From assembly GCF_963921235.1 (NCBI RefSeq), contig NC_086097.1, positions 188,792,001 to 188,856,000 of the forward strand: DNA of 64,000 nucleotides, written 5' to 3'. The notes beneath the pieces were generated by a model. It did no database searches. It was given only the letters and a program-made list of their open reading frames with translations, and was not told the origin of the DNA. Origin of the DNA: Mobula hypostoma (Eukaryota). Below, piece after piece: positions 40,080 through 52,043 of this stretch; the first letter of the stretch is position 1; every line of letters begins with the position of its first letter. The position numbers and the translations under genes are program-made.

Positions 40080-40298
40080 CCAAGGATGCCCTGGGACACG
40101 TCATCAGTGATGTAACCTGAGGTCATTAGGTTGCTCAGGCCACAGCCTGCGTCCCAGTGCCATTGCTCCATGGGTCACACCTCTTGATCCATAGCCGTAT
40201 GAAGGCACACTCAGCACAGCAGCCTCTGTGACAGTCCAGAGGACTCTTCTCTTTGCAACCCCTGTAATGTCAAGGAGCAAGCAGGTTCTGCAGTCAAG
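40080..40298 (-). mobile_element. Second, older HERO-like 3' fragment in opposite orientation
   Basis: Minus translation LLDITGVAKRR...TEAA resembles the RLE C-terminal helix; the 3' UTR carries CTGATGAC like the adjacent element. Confidence 0.6.
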
Positions 40299-40830
40299 TG
40301 TAATGTTTTGTAACTTCAAAACGTTAAACTAATTCAAAGGAAGACACAGGAATCCAAAATGTGAGTCTAACTTTCTGTTTATTTTAGGTGTGAGGCACAC
40401 ATGTATCACAAGTTAGCATGACAACATATGCAATTCACATATTTACACATATAACCTGTAATGAATTATTTAAACAAACAACATATATACAAGATTGCTC
40501 AAATTTTACTGAAATACATAACACTCCTCCCTGCTAAGATATAGACTCCAACTCAATTCAGAATGCATCTTAACTATAATCACAGTATGTTATATACTAC
40601 TATATACAGATATCTGCAACATAGTGAACTTTAAATTGTCTCATTCAGGCCTAAAGATTTAATCGCTGTGGAGCCTTTCTTACTCTTGTGAGATAACATC
40701 TTTCCTGACAAGGCGGATCACTCTGCCTGGCAGATGAGACTTGTGGCTGTGAAGCAATCTCAGGCTGTAGGGCCTCCTCCATGGTGGTTGTAAGAGTTGA
40801 CGCTGGGACTGAAGGAAGTGGTTCTTACAG
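40299..40830 (-). mobile_element. LTR retrotransposon 3' remnant: LTR 40299-40523, PPT 40524-40535 and internal end
   Basis: TGTAATG...CATAACA termini; the minus strand reads AGCAGGGAGGAG|TG (polypurine tract then LTR). Confidence 0.7.
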
Positions 40831-41059
40831 CTCAGGGATTTGTTGCATAAGAAGTTCTCCAAAAATAAAACTAGGATGTTGATTGCCTAGGAAATGTAGC
40901 ATGTGGTCTATTAATTCTCAATAGGTTTCAGTAGGTACACTTAATGTCAGAGAAATGTATACAATATACATCTTGAAATTCTTTTTAAAGCCTAGTGTTA
41001 TCGAAGTCAGGCAAGGAGAGCACCTGTTTGGCACACTCAGACTCAGACAGTCCAAAAGT

Positions 41060-41564
41060 CAGTACTAGTTACGTTTTCAGAGTGACATATTTATCATATG
41101 CTGGCAGAGCTTCTGGTAAATTCACCACTCTGGCTGCAGTAGAACTATTTAGCCATGCTAGTAAAAATCTGGTATTGTCCGCTGTGATTTCCCACAGTTT
41201 GAACTGGGCTTCTGGCCATGCAAACCGCGTGGTTGCGTGCTGCTCCCAAAACTCTGGCAGCTTCAAAGCGTTGGTCGACATTTCGTTGAGTAGCTCTGGA
41301 ATTGTCTGAGAGCACTGGTGTCACTAATGTAGGATTTTGTGAGTAAAACATGCAGGTGGAGTGGAGTGACATCTTACGTGCTTAACAAAAGCTGCAGCCC
41401 TTTACTTCCATTACGAACAAACCAAAGGCAGTCGCCTTTCACTGATATCAGACACCATCACTTAAAGTGAACACAACAACTCAATGACAGTGCGTGTGAA
41501 TTATGTAGAGAAGTTTCTGTTGTGAACAATGAATGTCATCTCTCACGTATTACATTATCCTACA
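41060..41564 (-). mobile_element. Gypsy 5' remnant: LTR 41328-41564, PBS-like sequence and gag N-terminus
   Basis: TGTAGGAT...ATCCTACA perfect 8-bp inverted termini; gag-like LKLPEFW...AWPEAQFKLWEITADNTRF (41069-41281). Confidence 0.75.
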
Positions 41565-42979
41565 AAACCAACACTCTACTGGTTTATCTTAGTTATGAAT
41601 AAGCTTCATTGTGTATTAACCAGTCAAGTTGTTGGCTGTACTTTAGGGGGCCTATACATTTAGAAAGGGGCTTCCCAATCTGTTTATACCCCCAAGTCAT
41701 AGGTGAGTTTGATTCTGTGTTTTACTTTGATAACAAAACTTGAACTGTAAAGAGAGTACTGCCAATATGAATGACTCTAGCCAAGGCAACTCTTTTGAGG
41801 GTTGGTACCAACCTACTTACAACAATTGCGTAACACCCCTGCTCTGAAACTACTTCATGGCGATAGGGGTGAAGTATTGTATTAATCATCAGAGGACAGG
41901 ACTAGACTTATTAAAAGTACATGCAATGTCTGTATGACTGGTGCCCCTCCAAATCCCGTCAATGGTGCTTATTGGGTATGTAGTTATTAGACCTATCACT
42001 GGCTCCCTTCTAAAATGGGATCTTTGGCTTGAACCAAAGCAGTGGAAGGGTTGTTGTTATCTGGCCCATGTAGTACTACATACGTACAACTTGCCCTTGC
42101 TCTCTCTACTCTTATTGTGTGGGTTTGCAATAGAATGACTATGGAGACTGAACGTTTCATGATTGCAGTGTTTCTTTTCTGGGGACCTGCCATATGGCCA
42201 ATATCTGTAACTGCTAGCCAATTCTGAATAAAAATGACAATTCTCTGTTCATCTTCGGAGCAGTGTGGTGACAGTGGCTATGCTGTTCTCATTGAGCATA
42301 AGCAAAACAAAGTGTGGTTGAGTTTAAGAGTGCACGTGTTCTGGGTCCAGTTATTTTAATTAATTTTCGGCAACAACAAGGTCATTTTTTAAATCTCCCT
42401 AGGTCCTCATTTCTCATTTCTTGCAATATATAAATTAGAAGAAAATTTTTACTGTGTAAGCTTAAGAATAAAAGTAACTGACCTATTTGAAAATGAGTCA
42501 AGTATATTTGGTCACCTATAGTATTGCGAAGAGAATGGTAATGTGCAAGAACAGAACTGGAGAACAGCTGATATCTAACGGCTGCAGTATCAACTTGTTG
42601 TCCAAAAAGAACTACAGTCTGTAAATCAGTAAACAGTAATGAGTGGAAACAGATGATGCAAAAGTCTTTGATCTTGCTATGTGTTGGCAGGAATGCTGGA
42701 GGCCATATTGTGAGACTGTTCATACAAATGCCATTTTGTGAACTGTTTGGTGAATTGATTCTTACTCTGGGATAACTTCATCAGAGCAGATGAGCATGGA
42801 CACAAGGAATTTCCGTCTAACAATCTGCTAAACTTGAGACCATTCTGCTGTTAAACAAATCTCAATACATCTCCAATTTGAAGTCAACTAACTAAGCAAA
42901 CTTAATCTATCTAGATTAAGTTAGTTTAGTTAATTAAGATAACTAAGATTAAGTTAGTTCAGTTAAGCTACTGTAACTA

Positions 42980-43315
42980 GGACGGCATAGCAGTGTAGTG
43001 GGTAGTCCGGTCGCTTTACAGTGCAATTCATCACCGATAGGGTTTTGATTCCTGTCGCTGTCTGTAAGGAGTTTATATGTTTTCTGTGTGACCACATGGG
43101 TTTCCTCTGGGTGCTTTAGTTTCCTCCCACATTCTAAAGATATATGGTTAGGGTTAGTGAGCTGTGGCCATGCTACATTGGCACAGAAGCATGGAGACAC
43201 TCCAGGCTGTCCCCTGCACTATCCTCACTGATTTCATCTGACACAAGTGGGACATTTCACTGTATATTTCAATGTTTCAATATACATGTGACAACTAAAG
43301 ATAATCTCTAATCTC
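42980..43315 (+). mobile_element. tRNA-derived V-SINE
   Basis: GGCATAGCAGTGTAGTGG A-box-like head, GGTTTTGATTCC B-box-like motif, V-domain GGGTTTCCTCTGGGTGCTTTAGTTTCCTCCCAC. Confidence 0.78.
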
Positions 43316-43449
43316 TCTTTATCTCTCTTTGAGCTCAATGGATTGAGCATTAGTGCGAATGTGAGCCAGAGAGTGGAAAAGAATACTGCTTCCCAAGCTA
43401 GAGACTCAAAAGAACTCAAATTTGGGATAATCATCTCAAGCTTTGCAAA

Positions 43450-44070
43450 TCTAGAAAGCAGTTAAAAAGGTATATTATATCCTTCACGGCAAAGGATATG
43501 GGTAGAGAAATAAGGATGCATTATTACAAAAGCAAAGGACCTTGGTGAGACTGCATCCAGTGTACTCTGTGCAGTTTTGGTCTTCTTACCTAAGACATAA
43601 TGAATTGCCGTAGAAGAATGCAACAAAGGTTTGCCAGACTGTTGGAATGGCAAGACTACTCTATAAGGAGACCAGGGTTATATTTAAAAGAACTTAAAAG
43701 AATAAGTGCAGCTGTGATTGACATGATCAGATAGGTTGGATGCATGGGGGGTATTTCTGCTGGCTATGGTGTCTAGAATGGGAGATCATGGCTAGGGTAA
43801 TTGGATTTGAGAGCTAGAACATGTGAAAAGAAGTAGATTCACTAAGAGAATTATGGGCCTGTGAAACTCCCTACAACAAGTGAAGGAAAATATTGATCTG
43901 AATATGTCACATATGGAAAAAGAAGCCCAATAAATTTCAGTTTGGCAAGAAGTTCGTGGAGAGCACGAAGATGTGGTTTGGCTTGGTATAAATGGTCAAC
44001 CATGGTTGCATTTAATAACATAACAGGCTTGAAGAACTAAATGATATACTACTGCTCCTATTTTCTATGT
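43450..44070 (+). mobile_element. Old CR1 3' fragment
   Basis: Degenerate LVRLH.VYSVQFWS motif and CTGCTCCTATTTTCTATGT tail. Confidence 0.6.
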
Positions 44071-44618
44071 GATACCAGTGGAAATATTTTTAGAACCAAT
44101 TTTACAAAATTCGCATTAGAAAAAGTCACATAATACCTGGCCTGAGACTCAAATATTGAACTTACCTATCTTTATCTTGCTTTTTATTAACAAGTATAGC
44201 ATGAGAAAAAATCATCTATGGCATTTCATTATTTTGAAATAAGCAATGATATTAGTACATTCTATTCTCAATTGAAATATAAACTCACTCATTAGTATTA
44301 GCATCAACTGTAACAGGAATGTGGGGTGTGGGTTACAGGCTGGTGAAACACTGAATGACAATTGATTCATTATGCACACACCCACTAAGAGATTAATTTA
44401 TTGAAACAAAAAGTTCCATTTATATTCAAACATGCTCCAAAGACCTGTCATCTAAGGCCAAGTTGAAAGTTATTAGTGAGTAACACAGAGTACCATAGTC
44501 AAACACAATGATTTGATTTTTCTTGAAATAATAAAATTATTGACATGAATGTAAAAGCCTGTCAGGAACTTACCTAACTTTTAAAATGGAAAAAAAAAGT
44601 TCAGGCTAAGGGAAGATA

Positions 44619-45135
44619 CATTCAGTGGCCACTTTATTAGATACCTCCTTTATGTTTATGGTCTTCTGCTGCTGTAGCCATCCACTTCAAGGTTTGATGT
44701 ACAATGTATTCAGAGATGCTCTTCTGCATACCACTGTTGTTACTGTTGCCCTCCTGTCAACTTGAACCAGTCTGACAACCTCCTCTGACCTTCCCATTAA
44801 CAGGGCGTTTTTGACAGAACTGCAGCTCACTGGGTCTTTTCCTTGTTTATCACACCATTATCTGTAAACTCTAGAGACTGATGTGTGCAAAAATCCCAGA
44901 AAATCCGCAGTTTCTGAGATACTCAAACCACTCAGTCTGGCACCAACATTCATTCCAGGTCAAAGTCACTTAGATAACATTTCTTCCCTATTCTAATGTT
45001 TGGTCTGAACAACTAAATCTCTTGACTATGTCTGCGTGCTTTTATGCATTGAGTTGCTGCCACATTATTGGCTGATTAGATTTTTGGCTTAACGAACAGG
45101 TGTACTGGTGTACTTAATAAGATGGCCACTGAGTG
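44619..45135. mobile_element. Tc1-like MITE
   Basis: TA flanks; TIRs CATTCAGTGGCCACTTTATTAG / TTAATAAGATGGCCACTGAGTG. Confidence 0.85.
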
Positions 45136-45535
45136 TAAATGGAAGATAATATTAAATATGAAAATTAAATATGGACTCATCATCTATATAAATAAATATA
45201 TTTCAAATGTATTTAGTACTAGATTTTTCTTGTTTTTATTGAAATGTTAATGAAATTATCATGTCTTTGAAATGTTATGAAGTAATGGTATTTGCAAACT
45301 GTTACAGTAATTGTTATATTGCATTATTTTATGAACTGTTCCTTGTAATAATGCTTGCTAATGTATACTTGATGAAACTATTTATTTCTTCTATGTCTCA
45401 TCAAATGTAAGAAATGAGTTAAATATTTATTTTCAAAACACCAATCCTAACTCTAACCTTTTGATAAAATAAATCAAAACTAAGTCCTACTAAAAAATAA
45501 GACATACTGTATCTACTCATGACACAGAAAGTAGT

Positions 45536-45771
45536 TGTTATGTTTTCTTACTCCAAAACATTAAACTAATCAAAAGAAAAACGTGGAAGAGCCAGGGGTA
45601 ACTTGTGTACGTTTAGTTTTATTATTTTAGTGAGGCGCACACTTGTGACGCAGTGGCGTAATGATATATGCCTTTCATGTACATTTACATATAACTTGTA
45701 GTGAATTATGTAAACAAAGAGTGCTTAATTAAACAGTATATTTACAACATTACTGAAATATTGAATACACA
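45536..45771 (-). mobile_element. Solo LTR related to 40299-40523
   Basis: TGTTATG...CACA; collinear blocks shared with 40299-40523 (AAAAC.TTAAACTAAT, GTGAGGC.CAC, CATATAAC.TGTA.TGAATTAT). Confidence 0.65.
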
Positions 45772-47654
45772 ATAGAGGCCATTTGGCCCATTATAGAAAC
45801 ATAGAAAATTTACAGCACAATACAGGCCCTTTGGCCCACAAAGCTGTCCATGCTACTCACAGCAAAGCAATCGCAGGTGGCTGATTTCACCTCTCTTTAT
45901 TCCCATGTGGCTTGTTCTCTGTCCCTTACCTCATTGTGATCCTTTTGTTATCTAGTACATTAAAGAGAAATATAAATTAGTTAATTAACTTACCAGCACA
46001 CATTTGTTATGTGGGAGGAAGCCCCACGGAATACTCAGTGTAAACCCCCACAATCATGAGGAGAAGGTGCTAACCCAAGTTCCTGGAGCTGTGAGGCAGC
46101 ATTTAAACCTGCTGCATCATTGTGCTGCCTTGTTTATTACGTACTAAATGACTACAATATTATAGAAGAAAACAGTGTGGAAACTAAACTGTGTAATATG
46201 CAGTATCTCTGCCTGACACTGTTCTTTTAAAGAAAGTGCTATTGCAACAAATCAACTGCCATTAAAGTAACAAAGGCAATTCTTATTAATATATGATGGG
46301 ATTAATTATTCATCTCCCTTGAACTGATAACATTTTTTTCTGTGATAGCACCAGCAAGTTTAGAATCTCCAGAGATGTCAGCAGGTTTGTACAATTCACA
46401 GACTCGGTAACAGCAGTTTACCAGCATTTTCCTAACTTTACTCTAAAGTGGGATTGCTCACACACTACAGGAAGGGAGTGTGAAACTGCACATTTTCAAA
46501 TGATCTTCGATGTTTGAACACCATACATTTAATTCTCCTGAGGTTCTTCCACTGGAGGAGATTCATCATGGACTAAATAGTATTTTTATTTTTTAAATTG
46601 TTTCAATTTATTTATATGCATTTAAATGTTTTAAACTGATTTTAGATTTTTCTTTACTATTTCCTTTATATAGTTGGGCAGAGGTTTGTCCAGCTGACTG
46701 TCTCCGAACCCTACATGATGTGATTTATGCTTGGAAGGCTTTGTTACTAAGCAGGGATAGAATGATGAGGGCTGAGCCAGCACTATTCAATAAGTTTTCA
46801 GTGGGTGGTAGGGGGACGTGCACAAAGTCTGGGCTATAATGCTATTTACATACTAACTTTTCACATCATAAAATCTCAGGTAGCGAAATATGAAACAAAC
46901 TTGAAGCATTGCAGGACTTGTGAATAAAAATATTGGTTGTCATGTGGATGTTGATATTATTGGTGAATCTGGTGGCTTTTCTTTGTTTACATAAAGGACT
47001 CTTTGTTTGGTCTTGTGTGTTCTTGATGAGTCATTGTATGATGGCAAGCTCCTGCACCTGAGCTTACAAGATGCTTGTTCTTGAAGCTCCTTCTAGAAAG
47101 ATCCCTTTAACCTGGAAATGCTTGATGTTTACTGTTATTGCATTGGGATAGATAGTGTTATATCTTAAATCCATCCATTAATTTTTGTTTATGCTTATTC
47201 TGATTTCAACATTCAATCTAACAGAGAGGCTATGCTCTGTGACACAAGAAATCCCAATTATGTTTACATGCGTTAATATGGGCACAAATTAAATTAGTTT
47301 TTAATATAAACCCCTGTGCCTTCAATTCAGTTTCTAATTCTGCAACACATTCTGTTCGAGCACAAATGTCACAGCATGTTTTAAATAACAAAAAGAAACA
47401 TCCTGAATGTTTTCTACCATTTGAAATTATACCACGTGTCCTGGATAAGTAGTGGTATTTTCTTAGCTGTCTGTTGTAATAGGGAGCTTACCTTTCCTTT
47501 GTGCATTTCAGTTCCCCTCCCTGTCTACTTATTTCGTTTGTGATTTAGGATTCTGCAACCGTGAAATTGTTGACACCGTTTGGTAGCTCATCTGTCTCTT
47601 GGCTAGGCGAGAGTGAACCCTAATTTCAGCAAGGCATTTGATAAGGTACCCCAT

Positions 47655-47884
47655 TGTGGTAAGCCATGTATATATGTTGTAACTGGGTTACCTGTCTGGA
47701 CACGCCCCTCTGCTGACTGCTCCTGTGGCTCCTCCCACAGAACCCTGAATAAAGGTGATTGTGTCTCTGCCCCTCCCTCAGTCCAGGACAGATATTCAGC
47801 ATGGACGTGGGTCCATTTACTCTTAATAAAAGCCTTTCGGTATTTACTCTACTTCCAGTCTTTGAAGTAGTTGATAGTGCATCA
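47655..47884 (+). repeat. 5' LTR
   Basis: Direct repeat of 51811-52043; about 15 substitutions and 2 indels by hand count. Confidence 0.95.
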
Positions 47885-50800
47885 ATTTTATTAGCAGTGA
47901 TTTTAAAGCATGGATCACGTTCTGAGACCCGACAAGTTAGACCTCAACCCGCAAACACCTGAAGCTGGAAATGCTTTTGAACTCTGGCTGGCCTGCTTCG
48001 AATCATACCTGGAGGAGATTGAAGTGATCGATCTGCCGCGAAGCGCAGAGTTCTCCTCTCCAGGGTCAGTCCACGGGTCTACTCAATGATTAGAGACCAG
48101 CCAAGCTACTACAGCGCAATGAGCGCCCTCAGAAGGCAATACCTGCGGCCGGTAAACACCGTCTATGCGCGACATCGCTTAGCGATGCGGCAGCAGCGGC
48201 CCGGAGAGTCGAGTGCTGAGTTCGTCTGCGCCCTACAGACACACATGCGGGCCTGCGATTGCCAGGGGCTGAAGGCTGAAGAGCATGCAGAGATCCTAGT
48301 GAGAGACACCTTTGTCACTGGGACCAGGTCAGTGTATATGTGCCAGCGGCTGCTGGAACACGCCTATCTTACCTTCGGCGATTGAGCTGGCCGACAAGCT
48401 GGAGTCCGCTCTGCACATCTCTGAGGCTCTCCAGGCACGTGATCTCCTAACGGCCTCGTGGACGCCGCAGACCCCGCAACCCCCCGGTGAATCGGCCACG
48501 GCTGCTGTCAGTCATGAGTCCGCGAAGTGCTACTTCTGCAGACTAGAGAAGCACCACCGGAAACGCTGCCTGGCCTGAGAAGCTACCTGCTCCAGCTGCG
48601 GAAAGAAGGGCCACTTTGTCAAGGCCTGTAAGTCCAAACTGTGAGTGGGATCGAGCAGCGCCGCATGCGAGGCATAGGGGTCGCCATCTTGCCTGCATGC
48701 CACCACCATGTGCAAAACATGGGGCGGCCATCTTGGCGCCACCTGGCACCGCCTACGACCCACAGGTGCTCACCAGACACCCCACCGCGCCGGACCAAGA
48801 CAGCGACTCAACTCTGACCTCTATGACCCTCGACCAAAGCGCTCCCCACCAGCTTGCAAGGACATCCCGGTGGAGGGGTACAGGACAAGCTGCCTGTTTG
48901 ACATGGGCAGCACGGAGAGTTTTATCCACCCGGACACGGTACAGCATTGTGGACTCATGATAAGGCCGGTAAGCCAGAGGGTTGCCATGGCTTCCGGGTC
49001 GCATACAACAGAAATCCGGGGGGGTTGTGTAGCGACGCTAGCGGTGCAGGGCACAGAATATCGAGACATTACATTACTGGTCATGCCAGCGCTGTGTGCC
49101 TCTGTGCTATTGGGGCTTGACTTCCAGAGCCACCTGAAAAGCGTGACAATGAAGTATGATGGGCCCCTCCCGCCAATTACTGTCGTAAATCCCCAGTTTT
49201 GTAGGAATATGTCACATACCCCGCTACTGACCACCCACACACACCGACCCGTACATCCCACCCAACCTATGCCAACAGCCACACTACCGACACCACTTGT
49301 GGCCTCTCCACCCTCAAGATCCCTTCCCCACCGCTGTTCGCCAACCTGACCCCCGACTGTAAACCTGTGGCAACTAAAAGCAGGAGGTACAGCGCGGGGG
49401 ACAGAGCTTTCATTAAGTCGGAGGTGCAGCGGCTGCTCAGGGAGGGGGTCATTGAGGCAAGCACAAGTCCTTGGAGGGTGCAGGTGGTCATTGTTCGGAA
49501 CGGGGAGAAGAATAGGATGGTCGTGGACTATAGCCAGGTTCATGCAGCTCGACGCATACCCTCTACCCCGCATCGCAGATATGGGCAATTAGATAGCACA
49601 GTACAAGGTGTACTCGACCATAGACCTAAAATCCGCTTACCATCAGCTCCCCATCTGCCAGGAGGACCGCCCTAACACTGCCTTCGAGGCGGACGGCAGG
49701 CTTTATCACTTCCTGCGCATGCCCTTCAGTGTCATGAATGGTGTATCTGTCTTCCAGAGGGAAATGGACCGGATGGTGGACCAGTGCCAACTGAAGGCCA
49801 CGTTCCCATATCTGGATAACATCACCATCTGCGGTCACAACCGGCAGGATCACGACAACAACCTCCAAAAATTTCTCCAAGTGGCCAAAGCTTTCAATCT
49901 CACCTATAACAAGGACAAGTGTGTATTCGGGTCCACCCAACTTGCTATCCTTGGGTGTGTCGTGGAGAACAGAGTCATTGGCCCTGACCCTGACCGTATG
50001 CGCCCCCTGTTGGAACTCCCTCTTCCCAACACCCTCAGAGCCCTCAAAAGGTGCCTGGGCTTCTTTTCATATTACGCCCAATGGGTCTCTAAATATGCAG
50101 ACAAGGCCCGCCCCCTGGTCAAGTCCACCACATTTCCCCTCTCAGCTGAGGCCCGCGCAGCCTTCAACCGCATAAAAGGGGACATTGCCAAAGCAGCAAT
50201 GCATGTGGTGGACGAGGCCATTCCCTTCCAAGTAGAGGGTGGCGCCTCCGACTTTGTGCTGGCTGCTACCCTCAACCAGGCAGGAAGACCAGTGGCGTTC
50301 TTCTCCCGTACCCTTCAAGGCCCTGAAATTCGGCACTCCGCGGTGGAGAAAGTGGCCCAGGCAATAGTGGAAGCTATTAGGCACTGGAGGCACTATCTCA
50401 CTGGCAAAAAGTTTACCCTGCTGACTGACCAGCGCTCAGTCGCATTCATGTTTAGTAACCAACAGCGGGGCAAAATCAAAAATGATAAAATTCTGAGGTG
50501 GAGAATCGAACTCTCCACCTACAACTATGACATCGTGTACCGGCCTGGGAAGCTTAACGAGCCCAGCCCTATCCCGGGAAACGTGCGCCAGCGCGCAGAT
50601 CAACTGGCTATATGCCCTACATGCAGATCTTTGCCACCCGGGGGACACCCGGCTTTTCCACTTTGTGAAAGCACGGAACCTGCCTTACTCCCTTGAGGAG
50701 ATCAGGACGATGACCAGGGACTGCAAAGTCTGCACAGAGTGCAAACTGCACTTCTACCGACCCAAGAAGGCACAACTAATCAAGGCCACCCGCCCCTTTG

Positions 50801-51810
50801 AGCGACTGAGTGTTGACTTTAAGGGTCCCCTTCCCTCCACCGACCACAATGTGTACTTTCTTAACGTTATTGACGAGTACTCGCGGTTCCCCTTCGCCAT
50901 CCCCTGCCCCGACACAACTATCACGTCAGTTATAAAAGCCCTGCGCAAGCTCTTCACTCTGTTCGGATACCCATGCTATATCCACAGTGACAGAGGGTCC
51001 TCGTTTATGAGTGACGAGCTGCGCTAATATCTACTGGCTAGGGGAATTGCAACCAGTAGCACCACGAGCTATAATCCCTGGGGGAATGGACAGGTGGAGA
51101 AGGAGAATGCCACGGTGTGGAAAGCCACACTCTTAGCCCTCAGGTCAAAGGAACTGCTGGTCTCCCGCTGGCAGGAGGTCCTTCCCGAGGCACTCCACTC
51201 CATCCGCTCCCTGTTATGCACAGCCACCAATGCCACCCCTCATGAGCGGCTCTTTTCTTTTCCCAGAAAGTCAACCACTGGGACCACCCTACCAACTTGG
51301 CTGACGTCCCCGGGGCCAGTGCTGCTCTGGAAACATGCAAGGAGCAATAAATACTCCCCGATGGTCGAGAGGGTTCACTTACTTCATGCGAATCCCCAGT
51401 ATGCCTATGTGGTTTTATCTGATGGGCGGGAGGACACGGTCTCCATCCGCGACCTGGCGCCCGCAGGAGCTCCAGGCCCCTACCCTGAACACTCCATCGT
51501 GACTATTAACCCCATATCCACCGATATATATACCCACGAGACACCGCGCACTCCAAGCCCTACACAGACACCACACGACTGGGCGCGACACACACACACA
51601 CGAGGGATTACTGATGCCTAACGTGCTGACACCTGAAGTCAGGCCGGAGCCAGCACAACCGCCATCGCCGGTGCAATCACCACCGGTGCTACGTAGATCA
51701 CAGCGACGGACTCGACCGCCTGATAGACTTAACCTGTAAATATACTTGTTTTAAATATTGTCAGTCACTTCACTTCGCAGGACTCTCTTTTTTAAAAAAT
51801 GAGGGGTGAA

Positions 51811-52043
51811 TGTGGTAAACCATGTATATATGGGTTGTAACTGGGTTACCTGCCTGGACACACCCCTCTGCTGACTGCTCCTGTGGCTACTCCCACAGAC
51901 CCCTGAATAAAGGCGATTGTGTCTCTGCTCCTTCCTCAGTCCAGGACAAATATTCAGCATGGACGTGGGTCCATTTACTGTTCATAAAAGCCTTTTAGTA
52001 TTTACTCTACTTCCAGTCTTTTGGAGTATTTGATAGTGCATCA
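51811..52043 (+). repeat. 3' LTR
   Basis: Preceded by PPT AAAAATGAGGGGTGAA and followed by the CCCAT TSD. Confidence 0.95.

Larger units (their letters stand above)
47655..52043 (+). mobile_element. Full-length Ty3/Gypsy LTR retrotransposon (gag-PR-RT-RH-IN), disrupted
   Basis: LTRs 47655-47884 and 51811-52043 (TG..CA); CCCAT TSD; PPT before 51811; gag ATG at 47910 with Cys/His knuckles; PR LFDMGS; RT IDLKSAYHQ..YLDN; RH TDQRS; IN HHCC plus D,D,E. Confidence 0.97.

Noticed and set aside
42517..42620. Possible minus-strand exon TVVLFGQQVDTAAVRYQLF
   Set aside because: No homology recognised and no gene context
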